From positions 1 to 31,662 of IMG/VR virus record IMGVR_UViG_3300034107_000750: a stretch of DNA of 31,662 nucleotides, one strand, 5' to 3'. The stretch comes from a virus (Duplodnaviria; Caudoviricetes). Positions 8,251-18,820 of the stretch are shown here, one piece after another. The position numbers were made by a program, and so were the translations under genes. The notes under the pieces were generated by a model. The model saw nothing but the letters and a program-made list of their open reading frames with translations. It was not told where the DNA came from and ran no database searches. Every line of letters starts with the position of its first letter. The first letter of the stretch is position 1.

Positions 8251-11200
8251 ATGCAAAATAATTTTAGAATTAGAACTGAAATTGGTAAAGATAAAATTGT
8301 CAATTTTCAGTTGAATCAAAATATTGAATTCCTTGAAATTTTATCTTTTAAAATAAGACAATCTGATGTTTACACATTAGATTGTGCTAATTATGGTGTT
8401 GTTGTTGGGAGGGTGACAGCAAATAATGGTTTTGGCGTTCCTAATGCTAGGGTATCAATTTTTATACCATTAAGTGATGAAGATGCAGGTAATGAATTAA
8501 TTACATCAATATATCCATATAAGGCTATAACAGAAAAGAATGAAGATGGTTATAGGTATAATTTATTACCATATCAACCATCATACCCTGGTCATATTGC
8601 AACTGGCACATTCCCCTCATTAGATGATGTTATGTTTGATGGTCAAGCCATAGAGGTTTATGAGAAATATTACAAATATACGGTAAAGACAAATTCAAGT
8701 GGGGATTATATGATATTTGGTGTCCCAGTTGGCAGTTATAGTATTTTAATGGATTTGGATTTATCAGATATGGGAGAATATTCATTAACACCCCAAGATT
8801 TGATAAGAATGGGTATGGCTACTGAAGGGCAATTTGATAATAATCAATATCAACAATCAACAGATTTGAGCTCTTTGCCCCAAATTGTGTCAATAACAAA
8901 AGGTATTAACATTTCTCCATTGTGGGGGGATCCTGAAACTTGTGATTCTTCTATTAATAGGTCTGATTTTGATTTAAGGGATGATGTAAATATTGATATA
9001 CAACCAACTGCAATATTTATTGGGTCAATATTTAGTACAGCATCAAATAAAAGAATACGTTCAAATTGTAAACCAAAAGATGATTTTGGCAATTTATGTG
9101 GATTGGAAAGTGGTCCCGGTAGTATATTAGCAATAAGACAAACATTAAATAAAGATGAAAAAGGGTTGCCTATATTGGAAACATATAGAGTAGGTAATGT
9201 TATTGATTCAGATGGTTCTTGGGTTGTTGAATTACCTATGAATTTAGAATATGTTATTACAAATGAGAATGGAGATAAGATAATAACCAATGACCCAACC
9301 ATAGGAATACCAACAAAAGGTAAATATAGATTTAAGATTAAATGGGAGCAATCTACAAAGATAAGTGAACAAACAAAAAGAGCATATTTTCTTGTGCCAA
9401 ATATTAAAGAATATGGATGGAATAATTCTGGCACTATTGACCCAATGAATTCTAATGATAATAATAAAAATCAACTTGCTGGTTCATATTATTTTGGATT
9501 AGATTGGTCTGGTTATACAAATAGTGAGGCAGCAATTAAGTGTGATGATACTTTTTATGAATTTAAATCAAATAAAGTTTATACGGTATCAAGTTTAATT
9601 GACCAATATAGGGGTGGTAATAGTAAAGGTAATTTTATTGGTATTAAAGAAATTGCAGATACATCATGTGATGCTACAATTAATAAATACCCAGTTAATG
9701 ATGGGGTTAGGAATTTTGATTTTCTATATTTTTTATTTTCAATATTGTTTATTTTATTTTCTACACCAGGTAGAGTTCTTTTAATTGTATTTCACTTTGT
9801 TAAATTTTTATGGAATTTATTTGCAGTACCTTTAACTTATGCTATTGCTGTTGCATTACCTATTTTATCAGCATTTTTATTTGTTCAAGCAGCAACATCA
9901 TTCCCTGCGGTTGGTTTGATATTAGGGTTTGCTACATTAGGTGGAATAGTTGTGGCAGCAACAGTTAGATTTTTTAAAGCATTTAAAGAAGTTAAGAATT
10001 TTAAATTCCAAAAATTAAATTTACCTATGATAACATATCCAGATTGTGAACTTTGTGATTGTGGGGATAATGATATGGAATTATCAGATAGTGGAATACC
10101 CACTGGAGGGTTAGTGTCACAATTAGCAAATCCTATGTTATATAGAGATGCGGTGACATCTAAGGTTGAGACAATAATAAAGAAAAATTATAGACCAAAT
10201 TTAAAAGAAAGGTTATTGATTGATTTGGATAATATAGTTTCATTATCAACTGAAGCATATATTGGACAACCTTTTGACATTAATAAACCATATAGATTTA
10301 GGGCGTTATTTTCAAATATATATTTGATGCCGTCAAATAGAGCACAAGTTGCTGCGGTGGCTATTGGTTTGCCCCCTGCTGAAAGAATTAATAAATTTAA
10401 TAATAGGGAGAATTATTTTAAAGGTAATACAAGAATTGATGTTACATTTGCTAGTAATAGCAATCAAGTGCAACATAGTGATAATGTTTTAATTATAGTT
10501 GCTAGTGAAAATAGAGAATCTGGTACACTATTAACATTTTTGAATTTTGATAAATCAAAAGATATTAATTACATATCGGGTTATACTGCAACAACAAAAA
10601 TATCAGCAGAAACAAAGAATTCTGAAATAGTTGTTAAATATGCTAATCCATCAGATGCTAAAAGTTCATTAGAAACAAAATATGTATTACCATATGGTGT
10701 TGATATTAATCAATATTTGTTTCCAGCAGATATTGAGTTTTATCAAGTTGTAACAGGTATGACAGTAAGTGAGTTTAAGAGTAAATCTAATCAAGTTGCA
10801 AGTTCAGCAGATGGGTCATTTAATTGGCAGTGTTTAAGACCTAGAGCCACAAATTTAATTTTTGATCATGCTGAAGGGAATAATCCAAATTTGGATTATT
10901 GGCAGGATGAAATTTTTTCAGAGATTTCAAGAAATGATGGGATTATAAATTATTTTAATGATATTGAAAATCAGTATGTTTTAATATTACAGAGGGGCGT
11001 TGACCCCTATTCTCCACTTTATGAGAATACCTATAATTTAGGAAGGCTATTTGGTTTTAATAGCAATCAAATAAGTGTAAAAACAAAGACAAGATTAAAT
11101 ATTCCAATACAGCCACTAGAAACATATTCAGTTCAACAAACAAATGTTTCAAATGAAATAATGTTTGATTCATATTTTTTGAAACCCATAAATAATAGTA

Positions 11201-13158
11201 TAGGATTTGGTACAAATCAAGCATATTCATTTAGGACAAATACACATGGTTATTATTCTGGGAATATAATTGATGAGAGTGTGAACCCCAAGGAATTTAT
11301 TTTTTCAAATTCTTTTGCTGGGAAGTTAAAAGGGGTACAAGTTGATAGGAGTAATCTATTAAAGAGACCAATTTCATTTAAAATTGATGGGAAATCTTTT
11401 TATCCAACAAATGGGTATGATTTATCAGATAATTTATTGAATATTTCAACTTATTATATTGGTTTAAATATGATTGCAAATAATAAGAAAAGTAATTTTA
11501 TAAAAAGACTATTGAGAGGTGAAGAGCCATATAATAATACATATAGAACACAAGCATCATTTGGGGATAATAATTATTTTAGTGAATTATTTGTTAATAA
11601 TAAAACAATATTTAGAACTGATAGATTGCCCACGTCAGATTATTTGGATGGGGCATCTTGGTCTTCTAGTACAGTTAATACATATTATATTAAAAATGGC
11701 CAAGCAGCAGCCTTACAGCAGAATTTAGGATTTGCAACATATGAAATTGTTGGTAACCAACAATTTGCAGATAATCCAATACCAGAAAGTGATACTGGGT
11801 ATTCCCCCCAAGATTTCTCTGGGTTTACTATGACTGAAAATTTATTAACAACACTTAATACTTGTAATAATATGGTTAGTTTAGGTTGTTATACCGGTAG
11901 GGGTACAAGTTTTCAGGTTGATTCTAAATGTGCTGAAAATGACCCAGTTACAAATGGTTGTTATACTTTTGTAGATAGACCCATATTGGATATACCAAAA
12001 GATTTAAGAACATATAATGAATGGGTAAATAGATTCAGATATTTTTATGCTTTATGTAGGGGTGTTGTGTCAGAAGTTTTTGTTAATAATTGGGTGAATG
12101 GATCATTATTTGCATTTCCAATACAAACCAAAATTAAATATAATAATAAAAACCAAGCAATTATTGATGATGAATCATATTGTAATGACTTGATATATTT
12201 TGATGTCAAAACAACTAATTTTTATTATCGTAGTTCACCTTTTTCTAAAAGTAATAATAGTTTTGTTGGTAGGACTATGAGTAAAGAAAATATTAAAAAT
12301 CTAATGTTTCCAACAACAATAATGGATTTGGGTTATAAAAATTCATTATATGGTTATAATAGTGATAATTTTGAATATTATTCTTTTGTATTAGATAAGT
12401 TAGAGCCAACAAGTTATGGAGATAATTCAGATATTCTTAATTTATTTGCTATTAGTAGAATAACTAACGGTAATTTCATTAAAAATTTAAAAAATATTAA
12501 TGATTTATTTTCTAGGCAGTATAGAAAAACAGATGGTGATTATAGTCAATTATTATCAATAAATTCTGAATTTGGTGTTGATAAATTCTCATCTGAATTT
12601 TACACAATGACAAATAGTGATAATTCAGAAATATCAATTCAATATGATAAGAAAGATAATCCAGTCATTGGAATATTTTATTCATCATCTCAAGATGATT
12701 TACAATTAAAAGATTATTTAACCCCTGGTAGAGTTAATTTTAGAGCATTAAATAATGAGTTGAAGCCTCAATATTTTGGTATTAAATCACAAATAGTGCC
12801 GTTTTATCAATGGGAATTAAAGGGGGGTGACCTTTTCTTTGGTAGTCAAGATAACAGTTGGTTTACTAGCACTATAATCACAGATAATTATCAAAATTTA
12901 GATAGGATTAAACCAGATTTGGAATCACTTAAAAATAGTTTAAATCCATATAATAAAGAAAGATATTTTTATAATAATGAAAATGTTTTAACATATAATA
13001 ATGATAGGGGTTATTTATATAATGACAAAAACCAAGCAACTAAATATAGCAATAAAAAGAATAGGTTTTTAGTTGGAGCACCATTTTATTTTTATTTTGG
13101 TATAAAGAAGGGAGCATCTGCTTTGGATAAGTTTAAAACAAAATATTTAAATGAATAA
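8251..13158 (+). CDS. Large putative virion/baseplate-associated protein (1635 aa) with N-terminal prealbumin/carboxypeptidase-regulatory-like fold and an internal hydrophobic block
   Basis: GRVTANNGFGVPNARVSIF...TNSSGDYMIFGVPVGSY pattern; about 85-aa hydrophobic segment (9721-9975) followed by CxxCxC; located in the baseplate cluster. Confidence 0.6.
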   Translation: MQNNFRIRTEIGKDKIVNFQLNQNIEFLEILSFKIRQSDVYTLDCANYGVVVGRVTANNGFGVPNARVSIFIPLSDEDAGNELITSIYPYKAITEKNEDGYRYNLLPYQPSYPGHIATGTFPSLDDVMFDGQAIEVYEKYYKYTVKTNSSGDYMIFGVPVGSYSILMDLDLSDMGEYSLTPQDLIRMGMATEGQFDNNQYQQSTDLSSLPQIVSITKGINISPLWGDPETCDSSINRSDFDLRDDVNIDIQPTAIFIGSIFSTASNKRIRSNCKPKDDFGNLCGLESGPGSILAIRQTLNKDEKGLPILETYRVGNVIDSDGSWVVELPMNLEYVITNENGDKIITNDPTIGIPTKGKYRFKIKWEQSTKISEQTKRAYFLVPNIKEYGWNNSGTIDPMNSNDNNKNQLAGSYYFGLDWSGYTNSEAAIKCDDTFYEFKSNKVYTVSSLIDQYRGGNSKGNFIGIKEIADTSCDATINKYPVNDGVRNFDFLYFLFSILFILFSTPGRVLLIVFHFVKFLWNLFAVPLTYAIAVALPILSAFLFVQAATSFPAVGLILGFATLGGIVVAATVRFFKAFKEVKNFKFQKLNLPMITYPDCELCDCGDNDMELSDSGIPTGGLVSQLANPMLYRDAVTSKVETIIKKNYRPNLKERLLIDLDNIVSLSTEAYIGQPFDINKPYRFRALFSNIYLMPSNRAQVAAVAIGLPPAERINKFNNRENYFKGNTRIDVTFASNSNQVQHSDNVLIIVASENRESGTLLTFLNFDKSKDINYISGYTATTKISAETKNSEIVVKYANPSDAKSSLETKYVLPYGVDINQYLFPADIEFYQVVTGMTVSEFKSKSNQVASSADGSFNWQCLRPRATNLIFDHAEGNNPNLDYWQDEIFSEISRNDGIINYFNDIENQYVLILQRGVDPYSPLYENTYNLGRLFGFNSNQISVKTKTRLNIPIQPLETYSVQQTNVSNEIMFDSYFLKPINNSIGFGTNQAYSFRTNTHGYYSGNIIDESVNPKEFIFSNSFAGKLKGVQVDRSNLLKRPISFKIDGKSFYPTNGYDLSDNLLNISTYYIGLNMIANNKKSNFIKRLLRGEEPYNNTYRTQASFGDNNYFSELFVNNKTIFRTDRLPTSDYLDGASWSSSTVNTYYIKNGQAAALQQNLGFATYEIVGNQQFADNPIPESDTGYSPQDFSGFTMTENLLTTLNTCNNMVSLGCYTGRGTSFQVDSKCAENDPVTNGCYTFVDRPILDIPKDLRTYNEWVNRFRYFYALCRGVVSEVFVNNWVNGSLFAFPIQTKIKYNNKNQAIIDDESYCNDLIYFDVKTTNFYYRSSPFSKSNNSFVGRTMSKENIKNLMFPTTIMDLGYKNSLYGYNSDNFEYYSFVLDKLEPTSYGDNSDILNLFAISRITNGNFIKNLKNINDLFSRQYRKTDGDYSQLLSINSEFGVDKFSSEFYTMTNSDNSEISIQYDKKDNPVIGIFYSSSQDDLQLKDYLTPGRVNFRALNNELKPQYFGIKSQIVPFYQWELKGGDLFFGSQDNSWFTSTIITDNYQNLDRIKPDLESLKNSLNPYNKERYFYNNENVLTYNNDRGYLYNDKNQATKYSNKKNRFLVGAPFYFYFGIKKGASALDKFKTKYLNE

Positions 13159-14815
13159 ATTTAATATTGTTCCTAGTGTATATAAGAATAAAGTTGGTGA
13201 TGAAACTAACTCACAATTGGCTATTAACTTGGATAATACCCAGAAAGAACTTATTCAGTTTGATAGAGATATTACTGTTGATTTAAAAGAATTATATAAC
13301 AAAGAAAAAACACAATCATATAATATTAGACCAACATTTAAAGTTAGTTACATATATGATAATTTTTATTCTGGTACAACTGATAGTAAATACAAGTCAC
13401 AATTAATATATAATATTAATAATAAAGATACTTCTTCAATATCAAATGTTGACAAAGGTTTCTTACCTGCATATGAATTTGATTTCTTTAGACCAAATGT
13501 CCCAAATTCTTTTGGATATGAATCAATTAATGCTTTTAAATATAATTGGGAATATTATATAACTTATCCATTTAGCGGGGATAGTAAGCAAAATTTAAAT
13601 ATAAAGATAGGTAATAGATTTTATGATTGGGTGGCAGAAGAAGGGATACCATTTGTTACTGATGTCATTGTTGAAAATGGGTTTAATTTAACTAGAATTA
13701 GATGTTCATTACCCCATAATTTAACTGATACTGATGGTGTTGCAATTAAAATTGATTCAGTTGTTAGATTGTATGAGATATTTTCATTTGGTGATGGGTC
13801 ATATGGATCAGAAGAATATGTTTTAAATATATTAAGACTTAATAATGATATTTCTGATAATAAGTTGGGTACATTAAGAAGGGTTATTTCTATTGATAAT
13901 AGTGGTGAAACAATCTCCAAATATTATGTTAGAAAACATAAAGTTATTAAAAATTCAAATGATATTGTTGCAACAAAGGCTGGATTTGAAACGGGTATAT
14001 TTGACCAATCAAAAGTTTTAAGTTTTATTGGTGATAAATTTTCTTTTTTGAAAAAGACATCAAATATTTCATATAATTTTATATTAAATAATGATATAAA
14101 TATTGAAACGCTTGTTGATAATCAAAACAGACCATTAACTGAAATATACTTAACAATGGTATATAAGGGGTATTCTGGGTTTTTTGATGTTATTAAAAAA
14201 GGTTGGTTATTTAATATAACAGATCCAGTTAATACTTGGTGGGATGATTCAACATCAAATGCAAATACAAATATTAATGTTGAGAGTTATTTTGATGATA
14301 AAAAAAATCAATTTAAATATTTTAAATTAAGTGATGATAATCTTGATGGTGATTTTTGTGAATATAATGAATATAATCAAGAGGAAATAGTCATTTCTGA
14401 TTTATATCATAAAATAAAACATTCTGATGAAGTTTTTAGAGTTTCAAATTATGATAATAATAAATCCGGATATTATTATAAGCCACATAATAAATTGGTT
14501 TTGAAAGTTTTTTCAGATTATATTGAGACTGTTGATTTTAAATTTGCTTATGATGTTCCAAATTATGCTTTCTATTCAAAAGTTGATGGTCAATTTAGAT
14601 GGAGGGATATTTATGATGTTGGATTTTTTGATGAAAATAACAATGGGGTTAATTATCCTTTTATAAATAATTCTTTCTATCCATTTGTTAACAATGTTTT
14701 TAAATTGTTTCCAGAGGGGTATGACTATTATACACAAAAAGTAAATAAATCAGCAAATGTTGGGGGTGTTTCTTCTTCATTAATTGTAAAACCATTGGTA
14801 GATGAGTGTGAATAA
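13151..14815 (+). CDS. Hypothetical virion structural protein (554 aa)
   Basis: Long ORF overlapping both neighbours; aromatic- and Asn-rich; ends ...DECE. Confidence 0.7.
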   Translation: MNKFNIVPSVYKNKVGDETNSQLAINLDNTQKELIQFDRDITVDLKELYNKEKTQSYNIRPTFKVSYIYDNFYSGTTDSKYKSQLIYNINNKDTSSISNVDKGFLPAYEFDFFRPNVPNSFGYESINAFKYNWEYYITYPFSGDSKQNLNIKIGNRFYDWVAEEGIPFVTDVIVENGFNLTRIRCSLPHNLTDTDGVAIKIDSVVRLYEIFSFGDGSYGSEEYVLNILRLNNDISDNKLGTLRRVISIDNSGETISKYYVRKHKVIKNSNDIVATKAGFETGIFDQSKVLSFIGDKFSFLKKTSNISYNFILNNDINIETLVDNQNRPLTEIYLTMVYKGYSGFFDVIKKGWLFNITDPVNTWWDDSTSNANTNINVESYFDDKKNQFKYFKLSDDNLDGDFCEYNEYNQEEIVISDLYHKIKHSDEVFRVSNYDNNKSGYYYKPHNKLVLKVFSDYIETVDFKFAYDVPNYAFYSKVDGQFRWRDIYDVGFFDENNNGVNYPFINNSFYPFVNNVFKLFPEGYDYYTQKVNKSANVGGVSSSLIVKPLVDECE

Positions 14816-15359
14816 GTATAGATTACTGCAACCAAAACTTAATGATTTAACAATCAGTTTACCCATTAAGTTGGATTTTGATAATGTTGGCCAGCAAGAT
14901 ACAATAAATGGTTATGGTGAAGATATATTGACCAATTCTATCAATGCAGTAATTGATTATGAAGTAGTTAGATTTTCACATTCTGGATTAATAGAAGGAT
15001 TTCCCCTACCATCAAAAACTAGCACCCCAACTCCAACTCCAACCAGGACAGTTACCCCAACACCAACAAGGACTAATGCTCCTACTGTCACACCAACTAG
15101 TACAGTTACACCAACTAATACTCCAACTAATACAATTACACCAACAATCACATCAAGCAATACACCAACACCATCTGTGACACCATCTATGACACCAACA
15201 TCATCAATAACACCATCTGTGACACCAACAATAACACCAACAAGAACAGTTACACCAACTAATACCTTAACACCAACTATAACCCCAACTCCATCAGCAA
15301 CAGAATTAAGATATTATTTATCTAATAACTTAATTGTATTTAATCAAAATTGTACATAA
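14802..15359 (+). CDS. Hypothetical protein with long Pro-Thr repeat (185 aa)
   Basis: About 65-aa N-terminal domain, about 95-aa (T/P)-rich repeat, short C-terminal tail. Confidence 0.7.
   Translation: MSVNKYRLLQPKLNDLTISLPIKLDFDNVGQQDTINGYGEDILTNSINAVIDYEVVRFSHSGLIEGFPLPSKTSTPTPTPTRTVTPTPTRTNAPTVTPTSTVTPTNTPTNTITPTITSSNTPTPSVTPSMTPTSSITPSVTPTITPTRTVTPTNTLTPTITPTPSATELRYYLSNNLIVFNQNCT
15018..15300 (+). repeat. Pro-Thr (TPTPT/TVTPT) coding repeat
   Basis: Degenerate ACACCAAC-type tandem repeats. Confidence 0.85.
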
Positions 15360-15360
15360 T

Positions 15361-16251
15361 ATGAGTGAATTTAATATATATGCGCCAACACCTTCTTGTT
15401 TAAGTTGGTTTAATCATGCAACTAGTGGGGATGCTTGTTCTTCTATATTTTGTGTAACAACACCAACAACTTGTGTGGGGGATTGTGATAAGTTATATGT
15501 ATCAACACAAAGAACCCCCCAGACTATTGAGATTGGTGATATATTATATGATTCTAATAGGGTTAAATTAGCAGCAGGTTGGTATGTTAGTAGTACAAAA
15601 GGGGTTGTATTTAATGTTGATTCTGGTGGGGCATTAACAAGTGTTAATTTTTGTTCTGGCAATACAGAAGTTAGGGATTATGATGGTAATTATTATGGTA
15701 CAGCAACTATTGGAACACAAACTTGGTTTACAGAAAATTTAAGAACAACAAGGTATAATACTGGTGCTGATATTCCAAATGTTACTAATAGTACAACTTG
15801 GAGTAATTTAACCATTGGGGCTTATTGTGCTTATGGTAATAATAATATTGATAGTTGTTTTGGTTATTTATATAATTTTTATGCAACAACAAATTTATGT
15901 CCAACTGGGTATAGAGTCCCCACATTGGCTGACTACACAACTTTATCCACTTATCTGGGGGGTAATAGTGTTTCAGGTGGAAAGATGAAAACAGAAGGGA
16001 TTGTATGGTGGGATAGTCCAAATGATGGTGCAACAAATACTAGTGGATTTAGTGGTTATCCAGCAGGTAGAAGAGTGTATAATGGTAATTTTAATTTCTT
16101 TGGGGAAACGAGTACTTTTTGGACTAATACTACAACAGGATGTATTCTTAATTTTGCTAAAATAATTCAATTAAAATATAATAATGATAATTTAGATTTC
16201 CAATGTGATGATAAAAATAATGGATATTCAGTTAGATGTATAAAAAATTAA
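15361..16251 (+). CDS. FISUMP (Fibrobacter succinogenes major paralogous / Fib_succ_major) domain protein with Cys-rich N-terminus
   Basis: DYDGNYY..IGTQTWFTENLRTT, GYLYN, LCPTGYRVPT, GGKMK, GATNTSGFSGYPAG.R, GYSVRCIKN. The ATG at 15361, one base after the upstream TAA, is a better start than 15334. Confidence 0.85.
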   Translation: MSEFNIYAPTPSCLSWFNHATSGDACSSIFCVTTPTTCVGDCDKLYVSTQRTPQTIEIGDILYDSNRVKLAAGWYVSSTKGVVFNVDSGGALTSVNFCSGNTEVRDYDGNYYGTATIGTQTWFTENLRTTRYNTGADIPNVTNSTTWSNLTIGAYCAYGNNNIDSCFGYLYNFYATTNLCPTGYRVPTLADYTTLSTYLGGNSVSGGKMKTEGIVWWDSPNDGATNTSGFSGYPAGRRVYNGNFNFFGETSTFWTNTTTGCILNFAKIIQLKYNNDNLDFQCDDKNNGYSVRCIKN

Positions 16252-16255
16252 TATA

Positions 16256-16846
16256 ATGGCAATAGATTATAGTTTAAATATAAATTTTAATTTTTATAAT
16301 GGAGTTGATTTAGCATCCAAATTAAACTGGAATTCAACATATTTAACCCCAAGCAATGATTTTTTGTCAGATGATATAAAATTCAATAAGAATAATTTCA
16401 ATAATTCTTTTTTCAAATTGGATTATTATGATTCACCTTTTAGTAAATCTCAAAAATTATATTTAACAACAATTTTACAAGCAAGTAATGGAGTTAAATC
16501 TGGGGATATCATTATCCCAACATATCTTTTAGATTATACAGAGAATACAGAGGGTTTTTTTATTTATTGGTTGAAAGATATTGATATACTAAATATTGAT
16601 ACATTTTATGTTAGTGCTACATTTTTTAATGGTCAGACAGGGGTAATTAAAAGAATGTCAAATAGATGTCAAGCAGAATTACCTACAAATGATAAGTATA
16701 ATTTAAATGAAATTTTTGATTTTTATTACAAATTAAATCTAAATTATGGTACACATACTTATGAGTATTATGATATTAATAATGGAAGCCAGATTGGGGT
16801 GAAAAAAAATCCAATGAATTGGTTTGAGTATATAACTAAAAAGTAA
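16256..16846 (+). CDS. Hypothetical virion protein (196 aa)
   Basis: Intact ORF in the structural operon (NSFFKLDYYDS, EGFFIYWLK); TAATG coupling to the next gene. Confidence 0.7.
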   Translation: MAIDYSLNINFNFYNGVDLASKLNWNSTYLTPSNDFLSDDIKFNKNNFNNSFFKLDYYDSPFSKSQKLYLTTILQASNGVKSGDIIIPTYLLDYTENTEGFFIYWLKDIDILNIDTFYVSATFFNGQTGVIKRMSNRCQAELPTNDKYNLNEIFDFYYKLNLNYGTHTYEYYDINNGSQIGVKKNPMNWFEYITKK

Positions 16847-17892
16847 TGATATATAAAATTAAAATATCCCCAGAATCATTATCATCTATAGTTAAAGAAG
16901 TTACATATAGTGGCAATACTTTTGGTGTATATACTGGTATGACAAGTTTATTAACTGGTGGCATTGATGGTACATCAACTTTAACAGGATTAACCATACC
17001 AATATTATTAACACAAGATGTTGTTGATGCTGGATATTATTCAGAATTTGATGGAGCAATTTTGCAAAAAGATACAGTTTTAAATTTTGTTTTTTCTGGC
17101 AAAAGTGCTTATGAATATTGTATATATAATACATCAGTTAGGACAGCTTATACCAAAGATTCTGAATATAAGGTATATTGGGGGGATCAAAGTATTAGTG
17201 AAAGTATGAATACAGTTAGTAAATGCCATACCTATCAAAAGACAAGTGGTAGTTATGTAATAAAATTAACTCAAAAGAATAATTTTGGTACTAATATTAT
17301 TAACAAAACAATAACAATACCTTTTGATAAAAACAAGAAAGATGATAATCCAAGTGGTACTGCAACATTTACCCCTAGTGGTGGGGCTTGGAAGAATACT
17401 CCTTTGAGTTATGATTATATTTTCACTGGTGATACTGGTACTGATATTGATGATTATTTATATGAAGGTAATGTTAAAGTTACAGGTTATACAAAATCAA
17501 ATTTATTGGAATTATCATTATATGGTAATAAGCAATATTTGGTTGGGGTTGATATCTTTAAAGATGGGCTTGCTTATGGTAAGGTTACAAATATAAATAA
17601 TAGTTTTACAGCCTATACAATACAAGATATTAAATATGTTGATTATCCATCAGGAATAACAACTTTTGAGGCTAATAGTGAGGGGTTAACAGAATATTCA
17701 GCACAACTAAAACCAATAACAAAGAATGAGGCATTAATGAAGTCAGTTTCAGATGTTCAGATTTTTTCAAATGTATTTGTTGAAAGGGGAAAAAATTCAG
17801 GCTATGAGAAAGTTCAAAGGCTTGGTGAAGTTAAGACATTACAAGATATGGAAAAATATGGATATGGGTATTTCAAATTGACAAATAAATAA
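16846..17892 (+). CDS. Hypothetical virion protein with PKD-like Ig segment (348 aa)
   Basis: VYWGD....HTY...G.YVIKLT..N.FG resembles the PKD WDFGDG...HTY pattern. Confidence 0.6.
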   Translation: MIYKIKISPESLSSIVKEVTYSGNTFGVYTGMTSLLTGGIDGTSTLTGLTIPILLTQDVVDAGYYSEFDGAILQKDTVLNFVFSGKSAYEYCIYNTSVRTAYTKDSEYKVYWGDQSISESMNTVSKCHTYQKTSGSYVIKLTQKNNFGTNIINKTITIPFDKNKKDDNPSGTATFTPSGGAWKNTPLSYDYIFTGDTGTDIDDYLYEGNVKVTGYTKSNLLELSLYGNKQYLVGVDIFKDGLAYGKVTNINNSFTAYTIQDIKYVDYPSGITTFEANSEGLTEYSAQLKPITKNEALMKSVSDVQIFSNVFVERGKNSGYEKVQRLGEVKTLQDMEKYGYGYFKLTNK

Positions 17893-17902
17893 AGAACTAA
17901 AC

Positions 17903-17910
17903 TATTTATA
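17903..17910 (+). promoter_or_regulatory. TATTTATA upstream motif
   Basis: The TATTTAT core ends 17 nt before the ATG at 17927. Confidence 0.55.
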
Positions 17911-17926
17911 ATAAAAATACAATAAT

Positions 17927-18820
17927 ATGGCAATTGGTACATATGGAACAGTTAGACCTAGTGATGTTAGCCCAGAAGATGTGGAGATAGTTATGGTATA
18001 TGCACCAACTAGGGATCAGACTGATTTGATTTCCCAAAAAAGATTGGATGCAACAACCATTTTAAAACCTTATTTTGATAGTGAATATCCTACTGAAATT
18101 TTAGGTGGATTATACAATTTAACATTACCAGCATCTGAATTTACCTCACTTGGTTATTATACATTATATTTAAGACCAGCCCAAATAAGGACAAAAATAA
18201 ATGATTGTGGAGTTTTAAGTGCATTACCAAATGTTAAAGGTATTGTGGTTAATTTAGATGATGTTCCAGATGATTTTAGGAATAAATTTGAAGTTCCCCA
18301 AGAATTGGTTGGGTATCGTGTAGAATATTTAAATAATAGTCAAAAAGTTCCTAATTTTTTTAGAATAATCACATCATCATTTTTTTGTGAACCAATTGTT
18401 ACAAATGAGGTTAACACTAGTCAAAAATCAATTCGTTATCGTTATGTTGATAATAATACAAACTTGGTTTTCCTAACTTTGAGTCCAAGTAGTTCACCTT
18501 CTAACAAGACAAATGCAACTCCATTTATTGGGCAACCAAATCAAAGCGTTATTATAAGTAATACTTATTTCAACCCAACAACTTTGGAGATTGAGATTGC
18601 CGAACATGACATTTCTACATTGGCAATTGGTTTATTTGGCAACCAGACTAAATCTGTTGAGGATGGTGTTTATACATTATATGACCCAGCTAATAACATA
18701 TATAGACAATATAATTTATTTGAGGTTAGAAATCAATTTAATGAGTTATTATATGAGGTTAGAGAAGATAGGAATGATGATATTGATATAAGCAAAAACT
18801 TTGATAATATAATAGAATAA
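17927..18820 (+). CDS. Hypothetical phage structural protein (297 aa)
   Basis: Intact ORF with its own upstream motif, TAATG-coupled to the 991-aa gene. Confidence 0.7.
   Translation: MAIGTYGTVRPSDVSPEDVEIVMVYAPTRDQTDLISQKRLDATTILKPYFDSEYPTEILGGLYNLTLPASEFTSLGYYTLYLRPAQIRTKINDCGVLSALPNVKGIVVNLDDVPDDFRNKFEVPQELVGYRVEYLNNSQKVPNFFRIITSSFFCEPIVTNEVNTSQKSIRYRYVDNNTNLVFLTLSPSSSPSNKTNATPFIGQPNQSVIISNTYFNPTTLEIEIAEHDISTLAIGLFGNQTKSVEDGVYTLYDPANNIYRQYNLFEVRNQFNELLYEVREDRNDDIDISKNFDNIIE

Noticed and set aside
8850-9434. 194-aa antisense ORF and the other short nested ORFs in the track
   Set aside because: Fully nested within long, motif-bearing sense genes, with no recognisable motifs or upstream element.
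15334-15360. Track start at 15334 for the FISUMP gene, or a frameshift fusion with ORF 14802
   Set aside because: The ATG at 15361 directly after TAA-T fits the operon's coupling pattern, and no convincing slippery site was seen.
15670-16251. Complete diversity-generating retroelement
   Set aside because: No reverse transcriptase and no second near-copy of the FISUMP 3' end was seen in this window.
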